Part shown: positions 1 to 10,004 of the stretch, piece by piece
Numbering within the stretch: position 1 is the stretch's first letter
Layout: every line of letters begins with the position of its first letter
Source: Toensbergia leucococca
Taxonomy: Eukaryota
Assembly (NCBI GenBank): GCA_022813965.1
Contig: JALDZS010000123.1
Span: 53,856 to 73,855 of the forward strand
DNA length: 20,000 nucleotides
Direction of reading: 5' to 3'
Program-made: the position numbers and the translations under genes
The notes under the pieces: model-generated
Seen by the model: only the letters and a program-made list of their open reading frames with translations
The model's database searches: none
Told to the model about the DNA's origin: nothing

Positions 1-2
1 AT

Positions 3-293
3 AATACACTGAACATTATCCTGATAGGTCATTTTAGTGGACAATTGCACATCTCCGACTCCGATTCCGAGCCACGGGCGTCTGTTTTAATGCGAGAAGA
101 CAGCAATAGGAGTCTTGTAACTGCTCATGTCTATCCACGCACTGGTAGAGTCATATTCTCGAAGGCGTCGTTTAATCGAGACGAGCCGGAGGTAGAGCTA
201 GAGGTACCTTATCCACTTCATCCGTTGCCTTCGGGTGAGTACTTTGTGTTTGCTAACAATGGTCTAGACTATTGGGAAGGATGGAAAAGCTGA
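3..293 (+). CDS. Possible 3' end (terminal exon) of a hypothetical gene starting upstream of the window
   Basis: Frame is open from position 3 to TGA at 291-293. A possible acceptor (CTGAAC...CTGATAG at 21-27) would give an exon GHFSGQLHISDS...LVTAHVYPRTG...WEGWKS. No family recognised. Confidence 0.3.
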   Translation, partial: NTLNIILIGHFSGQLHISDSDSEPRASVLMREDSNRSLVTAHVYPRTGRVIFSKASFNRDEPEVELEVPYPLHPLPSGEYFVFANNGLDYWEGWKS

Positions 294-979
294 TGGGAAT
301 GCTGATGCTAAGGCTGTCGACAGTAAAGCAAAGTAGACGGGGTATCTTATGGATTCTATCTTGGGCATGAAGCTAGTATGGTCTGAACTAAGCAAGACGA
401 TGATCAGTGAGATTGATCATCACGAATGGTTCGAGCACGATGGGGAATGAATCGGTATGTCTGTGCCATGTGCTAAAGCTACAAGCGCACGTGCTGACTG
501 GCTGATCCAAATAAGATGGAGTAACCACATAGCTGCGAGGCGCACCAGCGGATAGATACCCCCATCAAGCGAATGCAAAGAATTTGCCTGGCAGGGACTG
601 TGTTGAATCGTATCTCAGCCTAGCTACCTTTGTCGTTGAAGCACGAGGACTTTCATAGATTATGAAATACACTTCCATTTTCCAGTCAAATTTCGAGAAC
701 TGGGTAATCCATGGCTCACTATCAACACTTAAGCAGTAAGGCACCTCGGGTCTAATGTGATAGAATCCAATTTCGAAGTGTCAGAGACGAAACTTCCATT
801 TGTGTCAACACACTGGGTTTAGATTTATCACCCACTACAAACGGCAGCTACAACGCTCCGGCCATCTGATGTCTTTGTCGGCGCCACTGGGAAACTTCGG
901 ATTCGTCGGCGCTTGCATGAAAGTTCATTGGGGGTTAGGCCAGCTGGCTGTGACACGGGCAAGAAGATCCAACATGGCC

Positions 980-3382
980 CTAGTCTCCATCATCCAATTT
1001 CGAAAGCTCCGGCTCCCCGCTCTCCTCGCTGCCATTGTCATCCAAATCCGTGGACAGCTTCGTCAACATAGCCTCTATCCTCTTCGTCGACGCTTCTAGC
1101 GCCTCCAACCGAGCATCGATATTACTGTCAGGCTTAATGTTCTGTACCATGTCGGCTAGATAGTCGGTCAATCCTGCACCCACGCCCACAGAGTCTAATC
1201 GGCTCTCCCGTCGTGGACGCGGCGCGCCAGGAGAGCTGTTTACGCGGCCTCTGAGCAATTGATTGTTGACTTCGATTGGGGGTGCGAGATTCGGGTGCTG
1301 AGCATCCTCGTCGGAGTTTGGTTGATCGAAAATGGAGGGGGGTGGGGAAGATTCGAAGACAGCTTGAATATCACCATGGACGGAGAATGTGGAGAAATCC
1401 CAAAAGGGTATTGTCGCATGAGGGTATGGTGATGAATGTCTTTTTCGCTTGGCAAGCGGCCAGAGAGATCTTCGTTCGTAGGCGCTTATGATTAGGAGGA
1501 GGGGGAGGTTGATGGTACGAATGGCGGCTACATTTACTTTGTGGAACCAGCGAGGGGAGATGACGAATTTGAGCGGCAGCATCAGGCATAGGGCCAAGAT
1601 GTTGAAAGGAGGTTGATAGGCGAAGATGGCGTCGCTTTTGACGCCACCAAATGTTAGAACCGCACGACGGAATTGGATCTCGGCCGTTACGTTGGACACG
1701 ATGATTGAGAATGTGTTGCTTAGCATGGAGACAAGAATAGTGAGAAAGAGTGTGTTGCCTAGGAAAGCGAAGGTGACCATTAGGACAGGGCCGAGCAGCC
1801 AGTGGAAATCGACAGATCGTTGGATGCCGGTTCCGTCTAGCCCAAACCATACCCATAACATCCATTTGGAGATGGTGATGGATTCGTGAGAGCCGTCGCC
1901 TAGCCATTTCATGGCAAGGAGAAAGCCTGCAAAGCACCATACGGCTAGCACGGTAAGAACGAGGAAATCGGCCATCATTGCTCGAAGGGAAACGAAGAGC
2001 ATATTCTCTGACATTAAATTAAATGCTAGCCGTGGCAGAAGAACGGGTGCACCTGTTGACAGTAATTCCAGAGCTTGCTGACCTAATTTGTCATTGTTGG
2101 TGACCAGGCCGTGAAGGCGAAGGACAAGGTAGACACCGTAGATTATAGCGAAGGTGAGATCGAGGAACGACCAGAGGTTTTGCGTATATACCTGCCATCC
2201 GTGCTCCAGCATCGAAGCAAACTCATCCAATGTCCATCCGAAGGCGTAAATACAAAATATAAGCTCGTAAGTCGTGAATTTGGCATCATCACGATTCTCC
2301 ATGACTAGGATGAATAGAGTCAACAGGGTGATGAATTGGCATATATCTAAGAAATTCCGAGTTCGGGGCACGATCAGTCGATAGTGATTTAGTAGAGGGG
2401 ATGTCTTGGGATTGTAGACGGAGATTGGTTTGTGCTTGTAGTGATCCGGGAGAATGTCGATGAACGAGGTGGGCGTATAAACTAGTCTACCAGTGTAGAT
2501 TGCCTCTACCACCTTTTGACAAGCCGAAGAACTCAGGAAGGATTTGCTCTCGGAGATAATGGCTACTTCTAAGGCTGTCAGGGTTCTTTCGTAGCCACCT
2601 CTTCGCTGGACTGCCCAGTGGAGAGCATGGCGGTTCTCTCGTATGATTGCCTCCGGGGCATTTTGAAATGGCTCGAAGCCTGCCACAAGAACATTTGCTA
2701 GAAGGAGCAAGCCTTTACGGCCAGGGTAGTCTTCATTGAATCGTCGTATTATCTTGCTGGCCACCAGTTCGCATAGTAGAGCACGAGTATTGCTCACATT
2801 AGGATGATTGGCCTGTCGTGGTTGATCACGTAGGAACTGTACTCTATTGACGAGCAGGCAGTATACTGATGGGGCACAAGATCAAGTTAGTCTTGTTTGT
2901 CAATAGGAACTGGTTGGATATACTGATGGATACATCATGTAGATTATACAATTGATCCACGAGAGGTCGAACAATCGATACATTTATCCTCGGAGCCAGT
3001 AGCTGGTCCGAAGTGTACGGATCATCTGATATCACGTGGTTCTTAATATCAGTCTCGTAGTCTGTTTTATCAGCCTACTATGCGAGTACTGACCGATCAA
3101 GGCCATCACATCTCGCCGTATGCTGTCGATTATTTCTAGTATCAGTGGCAGAGCATCTCTCGGACGGTGGACTCATAACGTGGGATCTTACCGATGGATA
3201 GTGGCATAGACGGGGAGATTGGCATGAGGATTTGGTACACATGGTTCGTTACTCTGGGAGACAGGGTCGGCATCATCATCCGGCCGCTCCTCGTCTGTCA
3301 GAAGGGTTTCTTGCTCTGCTAGGCGTTCAGCTGCTTGAATGGTGTAGGTGTAGCCGCGATGAGGCCTGTGTCTTTCTGGCAT
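980..3382 (-). CDS. TRP-like / Yvc1-like nonselective cation channel, ~735 aa, 4 exons: complement(join(980..2865,2924..3025,3094..3122,3192..3382))
   Basis: Three GT-AG introns (3123-3191, 3026-3093, 2866-2923) join ORFs 3188..3382, 2844..3035 and 980..2797 into one 2208-nt frame (...YATIHR-IRRDVMALI-DDPYTSDQLLAPRINVSIVRPLV...SI-IYCLLVNRVQFL...). It has multiple TM helices, a pore-like segment WMLWVWFGLDGTG, a last helix FAFLGNTLFLTILVSMLSNTFS, and YQPPFNILA. These resemble fungal Yvc1/TRP-type channels (recognised from memory). Confidence 0.85.
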
Positions 3383-4101
3383 AGTGATCTTCTCGCTCTT
3401 TGCTCTTTCTGCACCACAAACGCTGGGCAGCGAGTGGTGAATGAATGGTAGAGAGCAAGTGGCATTGGATTAATAGGCGTATGAAGAGGAGGATGCCGTG
3501 GACGTCGATGGGAAAGTGGGATACATGTTGAACATGAATGGAAATTTGAGAGAAAAAGAGAAAAAGAGGAAAAGATCGTCCCTCGGTCTTCGCTTGTCCG
3601 CTTTTATTTAGCGCGAGCTAAGAAAATTCAATTTATCTCTGGACATTTCATGATGTCATCCATCATCAAATTACCTCTACAGGAGCCAAAGAACTCTACT
3701 GTGACCTGGATCGTCTCCGAATACCAAGTAGTACGATGACGATACTTCATGATACGGTAGCTGGGGAACTGCTGCGCTGGGCAGGCAGCGCTACCGGAAA
3801 CACGTCACTATGGATGCTCAGCCTTTCTTTCCAATGCAGGGACCAGTAGCCAGGGCGGGGTGGAGATTTCGTCCACCAATGCCTCGGTCGCGATGATGCT
3901 GAAGTGGAGTCTCCTCTCTCCTCTCATTGGAGAGGCTCCGACCGAGGAGGATTCGCATGCTTGAATGCATGAGCACCACCATTGAGCCTCTTTGCCCTCG
4001 TCTGCTCCCCACCAGGCGTTTTCCATCAGACAAGTGTATAAGTCCTGCTTATTCCTTCCTTTGCATTTCTTGCTTTGATTTCTTGCACATGAATTTGAAA
4101 A

Positions 4102-7100
4102 ATGTCTTCGCTTGGCAAAATCACAAATTCCTTGTTCTCAGCAGTCAATGAAAACTCCTTGTCGCTCGCAAGTGTTAAGTTCGACTTTTCTCTAGTCAAA
4201 ATTGAAGCACCACTCGAGTTCACCGCTGTTGGTACAGCCTTGTCGAGTAAACGGAGACACGCCGCCGAAGAAGGCTTGCCCCACAAGACTGCTCGCAAGC
4301 TTGGCGCTTTATTTGAGCAACTGATACCGTCTACCCCGAAGTTGATCACTGCCTACGGACTGAGAGTTTCCGAGATTTTACAGAGCCCTACCGTCAACCC
4401 TCAGGGCTCAGCCAGTCATGGCCCTTTTGAAAGTTTTGTCGGGGCCGATGGAACTGCCATGTGGGCTGCAGCTACATCAGGTATCCCTGCTTTGGGCATA
4501 TATCTCTTGTCATGTTTACTCGCTCGGGCATGGGATGCCAAGGAGTCTACGTCAATCTGGGTCGAATTAGTGGCTGGAAGGCGAAAAGAGATAGAACAAG
4601 CCTCCATGGAAAATTACCTAGTCTCCGACGCGAGTCTAGTCAGCTCCCGACAGGATATCTCGAGGCACGAACTTGCACTGTGGGACGCTAGTACCCGGGC
4701 GTGGCTCCGAAGCGCTGATCAAGCCAAAGCATGGGAACAAAACCAGCTGATGCTGATATTAAAGAACATCGAAATTCCCTTCAACGGTGGACCATCGACT
4801 TATGTCAAAGTCGTGAAAGCGTGGCAACAAGCTATGATTGCCATCGAAAACATGCTTTGCGGAAGGCCACTGGCAATTTCTAATGGTTCGGTACTCTTGG
4901 CTTTATCGGCTTGGCATCTCTTTCCAGACCTCATCGTTTTGCGTCAAGATACAATTAACGTCAAATTCAACGACCCACTCGTTCCCCAAAACGGCATCGG
5001 CACTATAGGTCTGCAACTTGTTCCTCCCAAGAACATAAAGGGTATACAATGGTCTCTAAGCCTGTCTCATCTCCAATACTATGGTGGCCCTGCAGATGTC
5101 AAAAGCAACACGGATTTTTCGCGAGTCACCATCCACCAGCTTCACGTGATAACATTGGGGAGTATATTTGGTGCTTGGGAGTTAAGACCTGGAGATATAT
5201 TACCGGCAGCCAAGTGGTTTGAGGAGCTCTGGACATTTCTCAAGCGAGCTGGTTGTGGTCAGCATGATATTTCTTTGAGGAACAGATTTGGTTGGCTGTA
5301 TAATCTGGTACAAGCTGCGAGAACCCTGCGGATCTTAGAGGCACAGGGAAACCCCGATGGCCTGAATTTATTGAAATTTGGTCAGCGAAGAGCAGCAAGT
5401 TTCTTGTGGCAGAGTACTGGCAGCCTCTGGTCCTTCTTTGGTCTCTGCAATCCTTGTGTACTTGCCGGTCTCACGGAGAAGTATGACGTGGAATGCGGTA
5501 TTCGATATTTGCGGGAAATAGCCATGACCACTGGTCTGAAGGCAAACGACTCCATCATACGTTTTGTACATATCACGCCGCCAGGGAAATCCTTGGGATG
5601 CATCGAGTTTGCTACGGCAATTCCCCACCCAAGAGCTTCGAAAAAGCGGGACTCAGATGGAAACCATATTGTTGAGATGGTCCATGCAAGATGGCTTCAG
5701 GTCGTTCAAATCGGAAAGTCTACGGAACTAACAGACCTTCAAACTCCTGTTATTGACGAACATTCAGCTGCGGAGTATATTAAATCACGCATATGTGAGT
5801 TGAGAGACCGGGGCGAGGAGTGTACACTCGTCCGGAGCAAAACCTTTGGGGATAAAGACCATTTTGAATGGACCAATCCACCGCCGTTGTATTGCCCTCG
5901 CTCAAGATCAGCTGATGCAATTCAAGACTCTGTATCTGCGGATGGCTGCCCTTCATTGACGAACAACGACAACAATTGCTGTTGCTTTGATACTGACCGA
6001 GAAAACTCAAGTAAAGCAGAGAAGAAACACCTCAGCCACTTCTGCCCCATTGTTGGCGGTTCACCATTAGGTCTGTATGTGCAGCGTAAGGAACACAGTC
6101 AAGTTACCGGAAAATCCTGTCCAATACCAGCTTCTCAGGATAGAGCACATATCGTCATGCGTGCAGTGGTTCGGCCAACTGAAACCATACAATGGAGCAC
6201 CAATGCGTCGATAAGCTGGGGGCGAATGGTTGACTATTTACAATGCTTAGCCGGTGTTGGCAAGGAAGAGGTAATGATGCAAAAAAAGTATGCAATTGGC
6301 ATGACCCTACTGGCAGGTGCGCGGAGATTTCCACAGCCGTGGATATGGTCTCTCCATGGGATAGATCTAGCCTCTCAGGTGTATCACAACCTTGATGGAG
6401 CTACTATATCCCTGAAGCTAGTAGCAGCACCACTTCATAACGCTTCTTGGTTGCCTGGACAACTTGTCAGTTATGAGACTCCCTCTACTCAGCATTCACT
6501 GCTGAGCGCAACAGAAGCCCCGATTCTTCGAACTTGGATACATAAGACTCTAGATCGACCACAAACATTTGCATGCATCGCCAAGTTTGAATCCGGTGAT
6601 CTAGACCTTGACCCGTTAGACCTGAAATTTACCCTAGCACTGTGCTCAGAGAACTCGATCTATGTTGCCGGTGTGGTTCTTTCAGATCCTTTTGATGTCG
6701 TCCCTGAACACAAGATGAGGCGGATTGTCGGAAATATAGGTCACTCGGGAATTTGCATGCTGATTGCACCACAGCACCCTCAAATCCGTCCTTTGAGTGA
6801 CAAGTACAACATTGTCACACATGCGACATACGACTCCAAACGAGAAGATAATTTTAAAAGCACGTCCCTGCACCTATCCTTTACTGACTGGACGTTACCT
6901 CTGGAAGTCGAAGGTATGAGGACGATCGATCAAGAGGTCAGTTTTGTTGAGTCTGTTATTTCCGTACTGGACAACGGGGTATGGGTGGCGGACCTCGATA
7001 TTCTCGGTATTGACTTCCAACACTTGGAAAGAGAGAATCGCTTCAGAAAGCTCGGTCAATGCACTGTAAAACATGACGAGACACCCATGTACGATTATAC

Positions 7101-7344
7101 ATCTCTTGACAGCTGGGAAGAGCTATTGGACGGCCCGAAAGGTGTGGGTATCTTTAGAGCGCACGGAAATTGGGCAGCACGACTTGCGGCTGTCACGATT
7201 CTGTCGCAAAAAGATCAGATGTATTGCCTGGGCATATTTGGACCGGAGAAACCTTGCTTCAAATGCCTGGAATCTCAGCTCAAGGATCCGGGCTTTGGTT
7301 TGAATGAGTTTGAGTCTCCTTTGCCTTCGTTCTGTATCGATTAG
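4102..7344 (+). CDS. Large intronless hypothetical protein, 1080 aa, resembling an uncharacterised Pezizomycotina protein family
   Basis: Uninterrupted 3243-nt ORF from ATG to TAG with ordinary globular composition. Motif-like segments include FDFSLVKIEAPLEF, HKTARKLGALFE, GADGTAMWAAATSG, LLALSAWHLFPDL, WSLSLSHLQYYG, WVADLDIL, AHGNWAARLAA and a C-terminal CFKC. No catalytic domain recognised. Confidence 0.85.
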   Translation: MSSLGKITNSLFSAVNENSLSLASVKFDFSLVKIEAPLEFTAVGTALSSKRRHAAEEGLPHKTARKLGALFEQLIPSTPKLITAYGLRVSEILQSPTVNPQGSASHGPFESFVGADGTAMWAAATSGIPALGIYLLSCLLARAWDAKESTSIWVELVAGRRKEIEQASMENYLVSDASLVSSRQDISRHELALWDASTRAWLRSADQAKAWEQNQLMLILKNIEIPFNGGPSTYVKVVKAWQQAMIAIENMLCGRPLAISNGSVLLALSAWHLFPDLIVLRQDTINVKFNDPLVPQNGIGTIGLQLVPPKNIKGIQWSLSLSHLQYYGGPADVKSNTDFSRVTIHQLHVITLGSIFGAWELRPGDILPAAKWFEELWTFLKRAGCGQHDISLRNRFGWLYNLVQAARTLRILEAQGNPDGLNLLKFGQRRAASFLWQSTGSLWSFFGLCNPCVLAGLTEKYDVECGIRYLREIAMTTGLKANDSIIRFVHITPPGKSLGCIEFATAIPHPRASKKRDSDGNHIVEMVHARWLQVVQIGKSTELTDLQTPVIDEHSAAEYIKSRICELRDRGEECTLVRSKTFGDKDHFEWTNPPPLYCPRSRSADAIQDSVSADGCPSLTNNDNNCCCFDTDRENSSKAEKKHLSHFCPIVGGSPLGLYVQRKEHSQVTGKSCPIPASQDRAHIVMRAVVRPTETIQWSTNASISWGRMVDYLQCLAGVGKEEVMMQKKYAIGMTLLAGARRFPQPWIWSLHGIDLASQVYHNLDGATISLKLVAAPLHNASWLPGQLVSYETPSTQHSLLSATEAPILRTWIHKTLDRPQTFACIAKFESGDLDLDPLDLKFTLALCSENSIYVAGVVLSDPFDVVPEHKMRRIVGNIGHSGICMLIAPQHPQIRPLSDKYNIVTHATYDSKREDNFKSTSLHLSFTDWTLPLEVEGMRTIDQEVSFVESVISVLDNGVWVADLDILGIDFQHLERENRFRKLGQCTVKHDETPMYDYTSLDSWEELLDGPKGVGIFRAHGNWAARLAAVTILSQKDQMYCLGIFGPEKPCFKCLESQLKDPGFGLNEFESPLPSFCID

Positions 7345-8515
7345 GAAGCCTTGGAAGTCTCCTGTCTTGTGGCTCGACTCGAAACAAGGTGCTCCCTATC
7401 ACTATACTTTGCTGTAGGTAAATGCGAATCTTGGAGTGTGCGGCAATAATCCCTTTCTGTTATCTTATATGTTGGGATTTCCTCGCCCGTTTCAATTTAC
7501 TTGTTCACCCCCTAGCATTCAAACGGCAATGTATGGGGTACAAAGGAATAGTGCCTGGCAGAACATGGCAAGAACGACTCTAAGAGACTGGCTTTGAGAA
7601 AAACTGCGCGNNNTACAAAGGCTCTCTATGTGGATTCCATCCCGTCAAACCCTTTCCAGAATAGGGTAAGCGAACTTTTGTGATGTTCAAAGAAATTAGA
7701 CCAATCGTTGAGTCTTGTGGCCAGTCCACAAGATCACTGCACCCAATCGTTCAACCCGATCAGAAATCCACTCTCGTCTCTTTCGCATTCGACATTTCCT
7801 CCGCCTGCAGTCCATACCGAAAATCTTTCACACACACTGAGGCTACCCAGGGCCACTGTGACGCCCCGGAAGAGAACCAGGCTGCCGGTTTTGGTCCTAT
7901 AGGCGCCTATGGATACTAGTCCTTGCCAAGCACCAGAGCCAAGTAATCGCTCACGCTTAGGCCCACTGACCACACAGCTAGATCCTCTCCCAGCTGCGGA
8001 AGTTGCTATTATCAGGGCTGTCTCAGACTGGGTTTGAGGAGAATCTTTCTGCAATTCGTTAGCGCGACCGATCCAAGTTGATGTGTTTCCACCTGCAAAG
8101 ATTCCACAGATGATAGCGAAGAGGTAAAGAATAGATTGAAAGAGCGCGAAACTCCAACCGGCATGGCCGAGCCAAGTGCCGAAGTGATTAAAACTGTCAA
8201 CATATGATATCGATCGATGAGCAACCCAAATGAATTTCATGCCGACTCTAGAAGCTGTATTTAGTAGTGATGTACCGAGTGTTGCTGCCACAAGTGACAG
8301 GCCAATAGATGATGCAAATTCTGATACGCAATGATAATCAGAAAAACTCATGAAAAGTATTGCCGTTCACAAGATCTGAAGACACATACCTGGGACTTGG
8401 ATCTGTAGTATGAAAAACCCAAAGCCTTGGATCATGTTTCCACATTAGAAGATCTAGGACATGGGGGTTCGAACGAATGCGAAATCCGTGGAGAGTGCAC
8501 CACCCTTTGCGGGAA

Positions 8516-8543
8516 GCGGTACTCGAGGTGCGGTACTCGAGGT
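8516..8543. repeat. 14-bp perfect tandem duplication (GCGGTACTCGAGGT x2)
   Basis: Read directly. It lies in a coding part of the MFS pseudogene and its length is not a multiple of 3. Confidence 0.9.
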
Positions 8544-8889
8544 GTGACACACCTAAGCAACAGCGCTATGGAGATGAACTGGACGGGGTTTTCGTACAGT
8601 CAGCTCTCGGAAAGCAGCACTTGGGTTGTCGTGTTCTCAAGACGATGACTTCTTACCATAGTCACAGGCAATACTCCCGAGGTCGCACGATACGCAAACT
8701 TCATCAGCCTCCAACTCAATACAAAGGCCATCAGGGTGCCGGTGGCAGATGCCGATTCCCGCCTAAAACATCCCAAAGGCCAGCCCTTTCCGCTCTATGA
8801 ATCGCCCTTCTAGATAGAATTCAAAAGGATTGTGAATCAGTGATGCGCCAGCTCCATAAAGAAGCCGTTGGGTGAGGATCAGATGAGTC

Positions 8890-8915
8890 ACACACTCAGT
8901 AAACACACTCAGTAA
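8890..8915. repeat. 13-bp perfect tandem duplication (ACACACTCAGTAA x2)
   Basis: Read directly. Removing one copy restores the frame ASFTECVTHLILTQ of the MFS pseudogene. Confidence 0.9.
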
Positions 8916-10004
8916 AGGAGGCGACAATCGAAGAGTTTGTGACGGGGTGAAGTATGAAAGCCACTATCATTCAATCAGACCTTGCAGTCTTGAGAGTGCA
9001 TGAGAGCTCGCGATCCTGTGGTTGCTGTTGTAGGACTGCCTTTCTCCCGAGGTCTGCCGGAGAGATTGCGCCGCGGATTGCGTTGTGATTATCGCTGTGT
9101 TATTTTCCAAGACCATTTTCGATGGTGCGATAAGATGGAAAAGGTGAAGATGGGTCTTGCTCTTTAGTACTATTAGGTCCATGCGACATGGCCTCACTTC
9201 CGGGTCATAGTTCTCTAGAGCATCTTCTTTTTTATAATGTGAGGCAGCCGCAACTACAACAGAAGCAAATACATCAACGAAAACAAGTGCTGCCGAGATA
9301 GATGGTAGGGTAAGTATCAAAATTGGATGACATGAGGGGACAATCGTGGCAATCGTGGTATGTAGCTGGTGGTATGGCAATTGTGCGAAAGTGTCAGCTA
9401 AGCTCATTGGGGTCAATCTAGATACCTCAGCTACCTTACTCTGAAGTGAGTATGAGCGCCAGTCGTGCATTGCAATCGAGCCAATCGATTCCATAGCCGC
9501 AGGCCATTCGATTGAAAGCCACGAACATCGAGATACAGATCCGATGCCATCCCAACAAATTATCGAGTAAGATGGGCGACGTCTAAGCTCAGCATGGCGC
9601 CTTGCTAGAGACTTAGAATACCCACTAGTCACTATTGACATGCAGGGGCTGCTCTACCCAGCCGAGACTCAAGCTCACTGATTGGCCAAATCCGATTCGT
9701 GGCTGGCTGAATTGTGGAACGCTACAGACGGTGACTGTAGCCCACGCTTTGTTAGTGACTGGCATTTGAGCATTATTATCGGTTTCCTGGGAATCCAGCA
9801 ATCTGTCGGCCCTGACTAAGAACACCCGAGTGTGCTAGTCGACGAGTGAGACAATTCTTCATGCCTCGACGCTTGCAGGGTGCATCGTTATTTGTTGGCG
9901 CTTTGGTGATTGCACGGTTACCATGTCCCCGAAAACCTCATGTGCTTGGAAGACTTTGTCAAAAGTACCCGTGAGGTTCTTGTGACAAAAGCAACGGCCG
10001 AATC

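Larger units (their letters stand above)
7734..9116 (-). pseudogene. Degraded MFS transporter, monocarboxylate porter (MCT/Mch-like) family
   Basis: Hand translation across frames gives, in order: ATG at 9116, ...QSL/PADLGRKA, TTAT, IVASFTECVTHLILTQRLLYGAGASLIHNPFEFYLEGRFIERKGLAFGMF*AGIG, VLSWRLMKFAYRAT, [intron 8579-8656], VTPRVP, DFAFVRTPMS*IF*CGNMIQGFGFFILQIQVP, [intron 8321-8389], EFASSIGLS...SLLNTAS, LIDRYHMLTVLITSALGS, LYLFAIICGIFAGG...AAGRGSSCVVSGP...LVLFRGVT. This follows the fungal MCT consensus as I recall it (HLILTQG..., EWF..RKGLAFG.MWAG.G, GRG.G.VVSGP). Stops lie at 8763-8765, 8454-8456 and 8445-8447, with several frameshifts and apparent deletions. Confidence 0.85.

Noticed and set aside
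800..7303. Numerous short ORFs overlapping the channel and 1080-aa genes (and likewise the monooxygenase and laccase)
   Set aside because: They are antisense or alternate-frame shadows of real coding sequence.
7611..7613. N runs here and at 17394-17400
   Set aside because: Assembly ambiguities rather than biological features. True gap sizes are unknown, so adjacency across them needs read confirmation.
8967..9641. 224-aa minus-strand ORF
   Set aside because: No coherent protein features. Only its last ~50 codons overlap the start of the MFS pseudogene, and it shifts out of the transporter frame.
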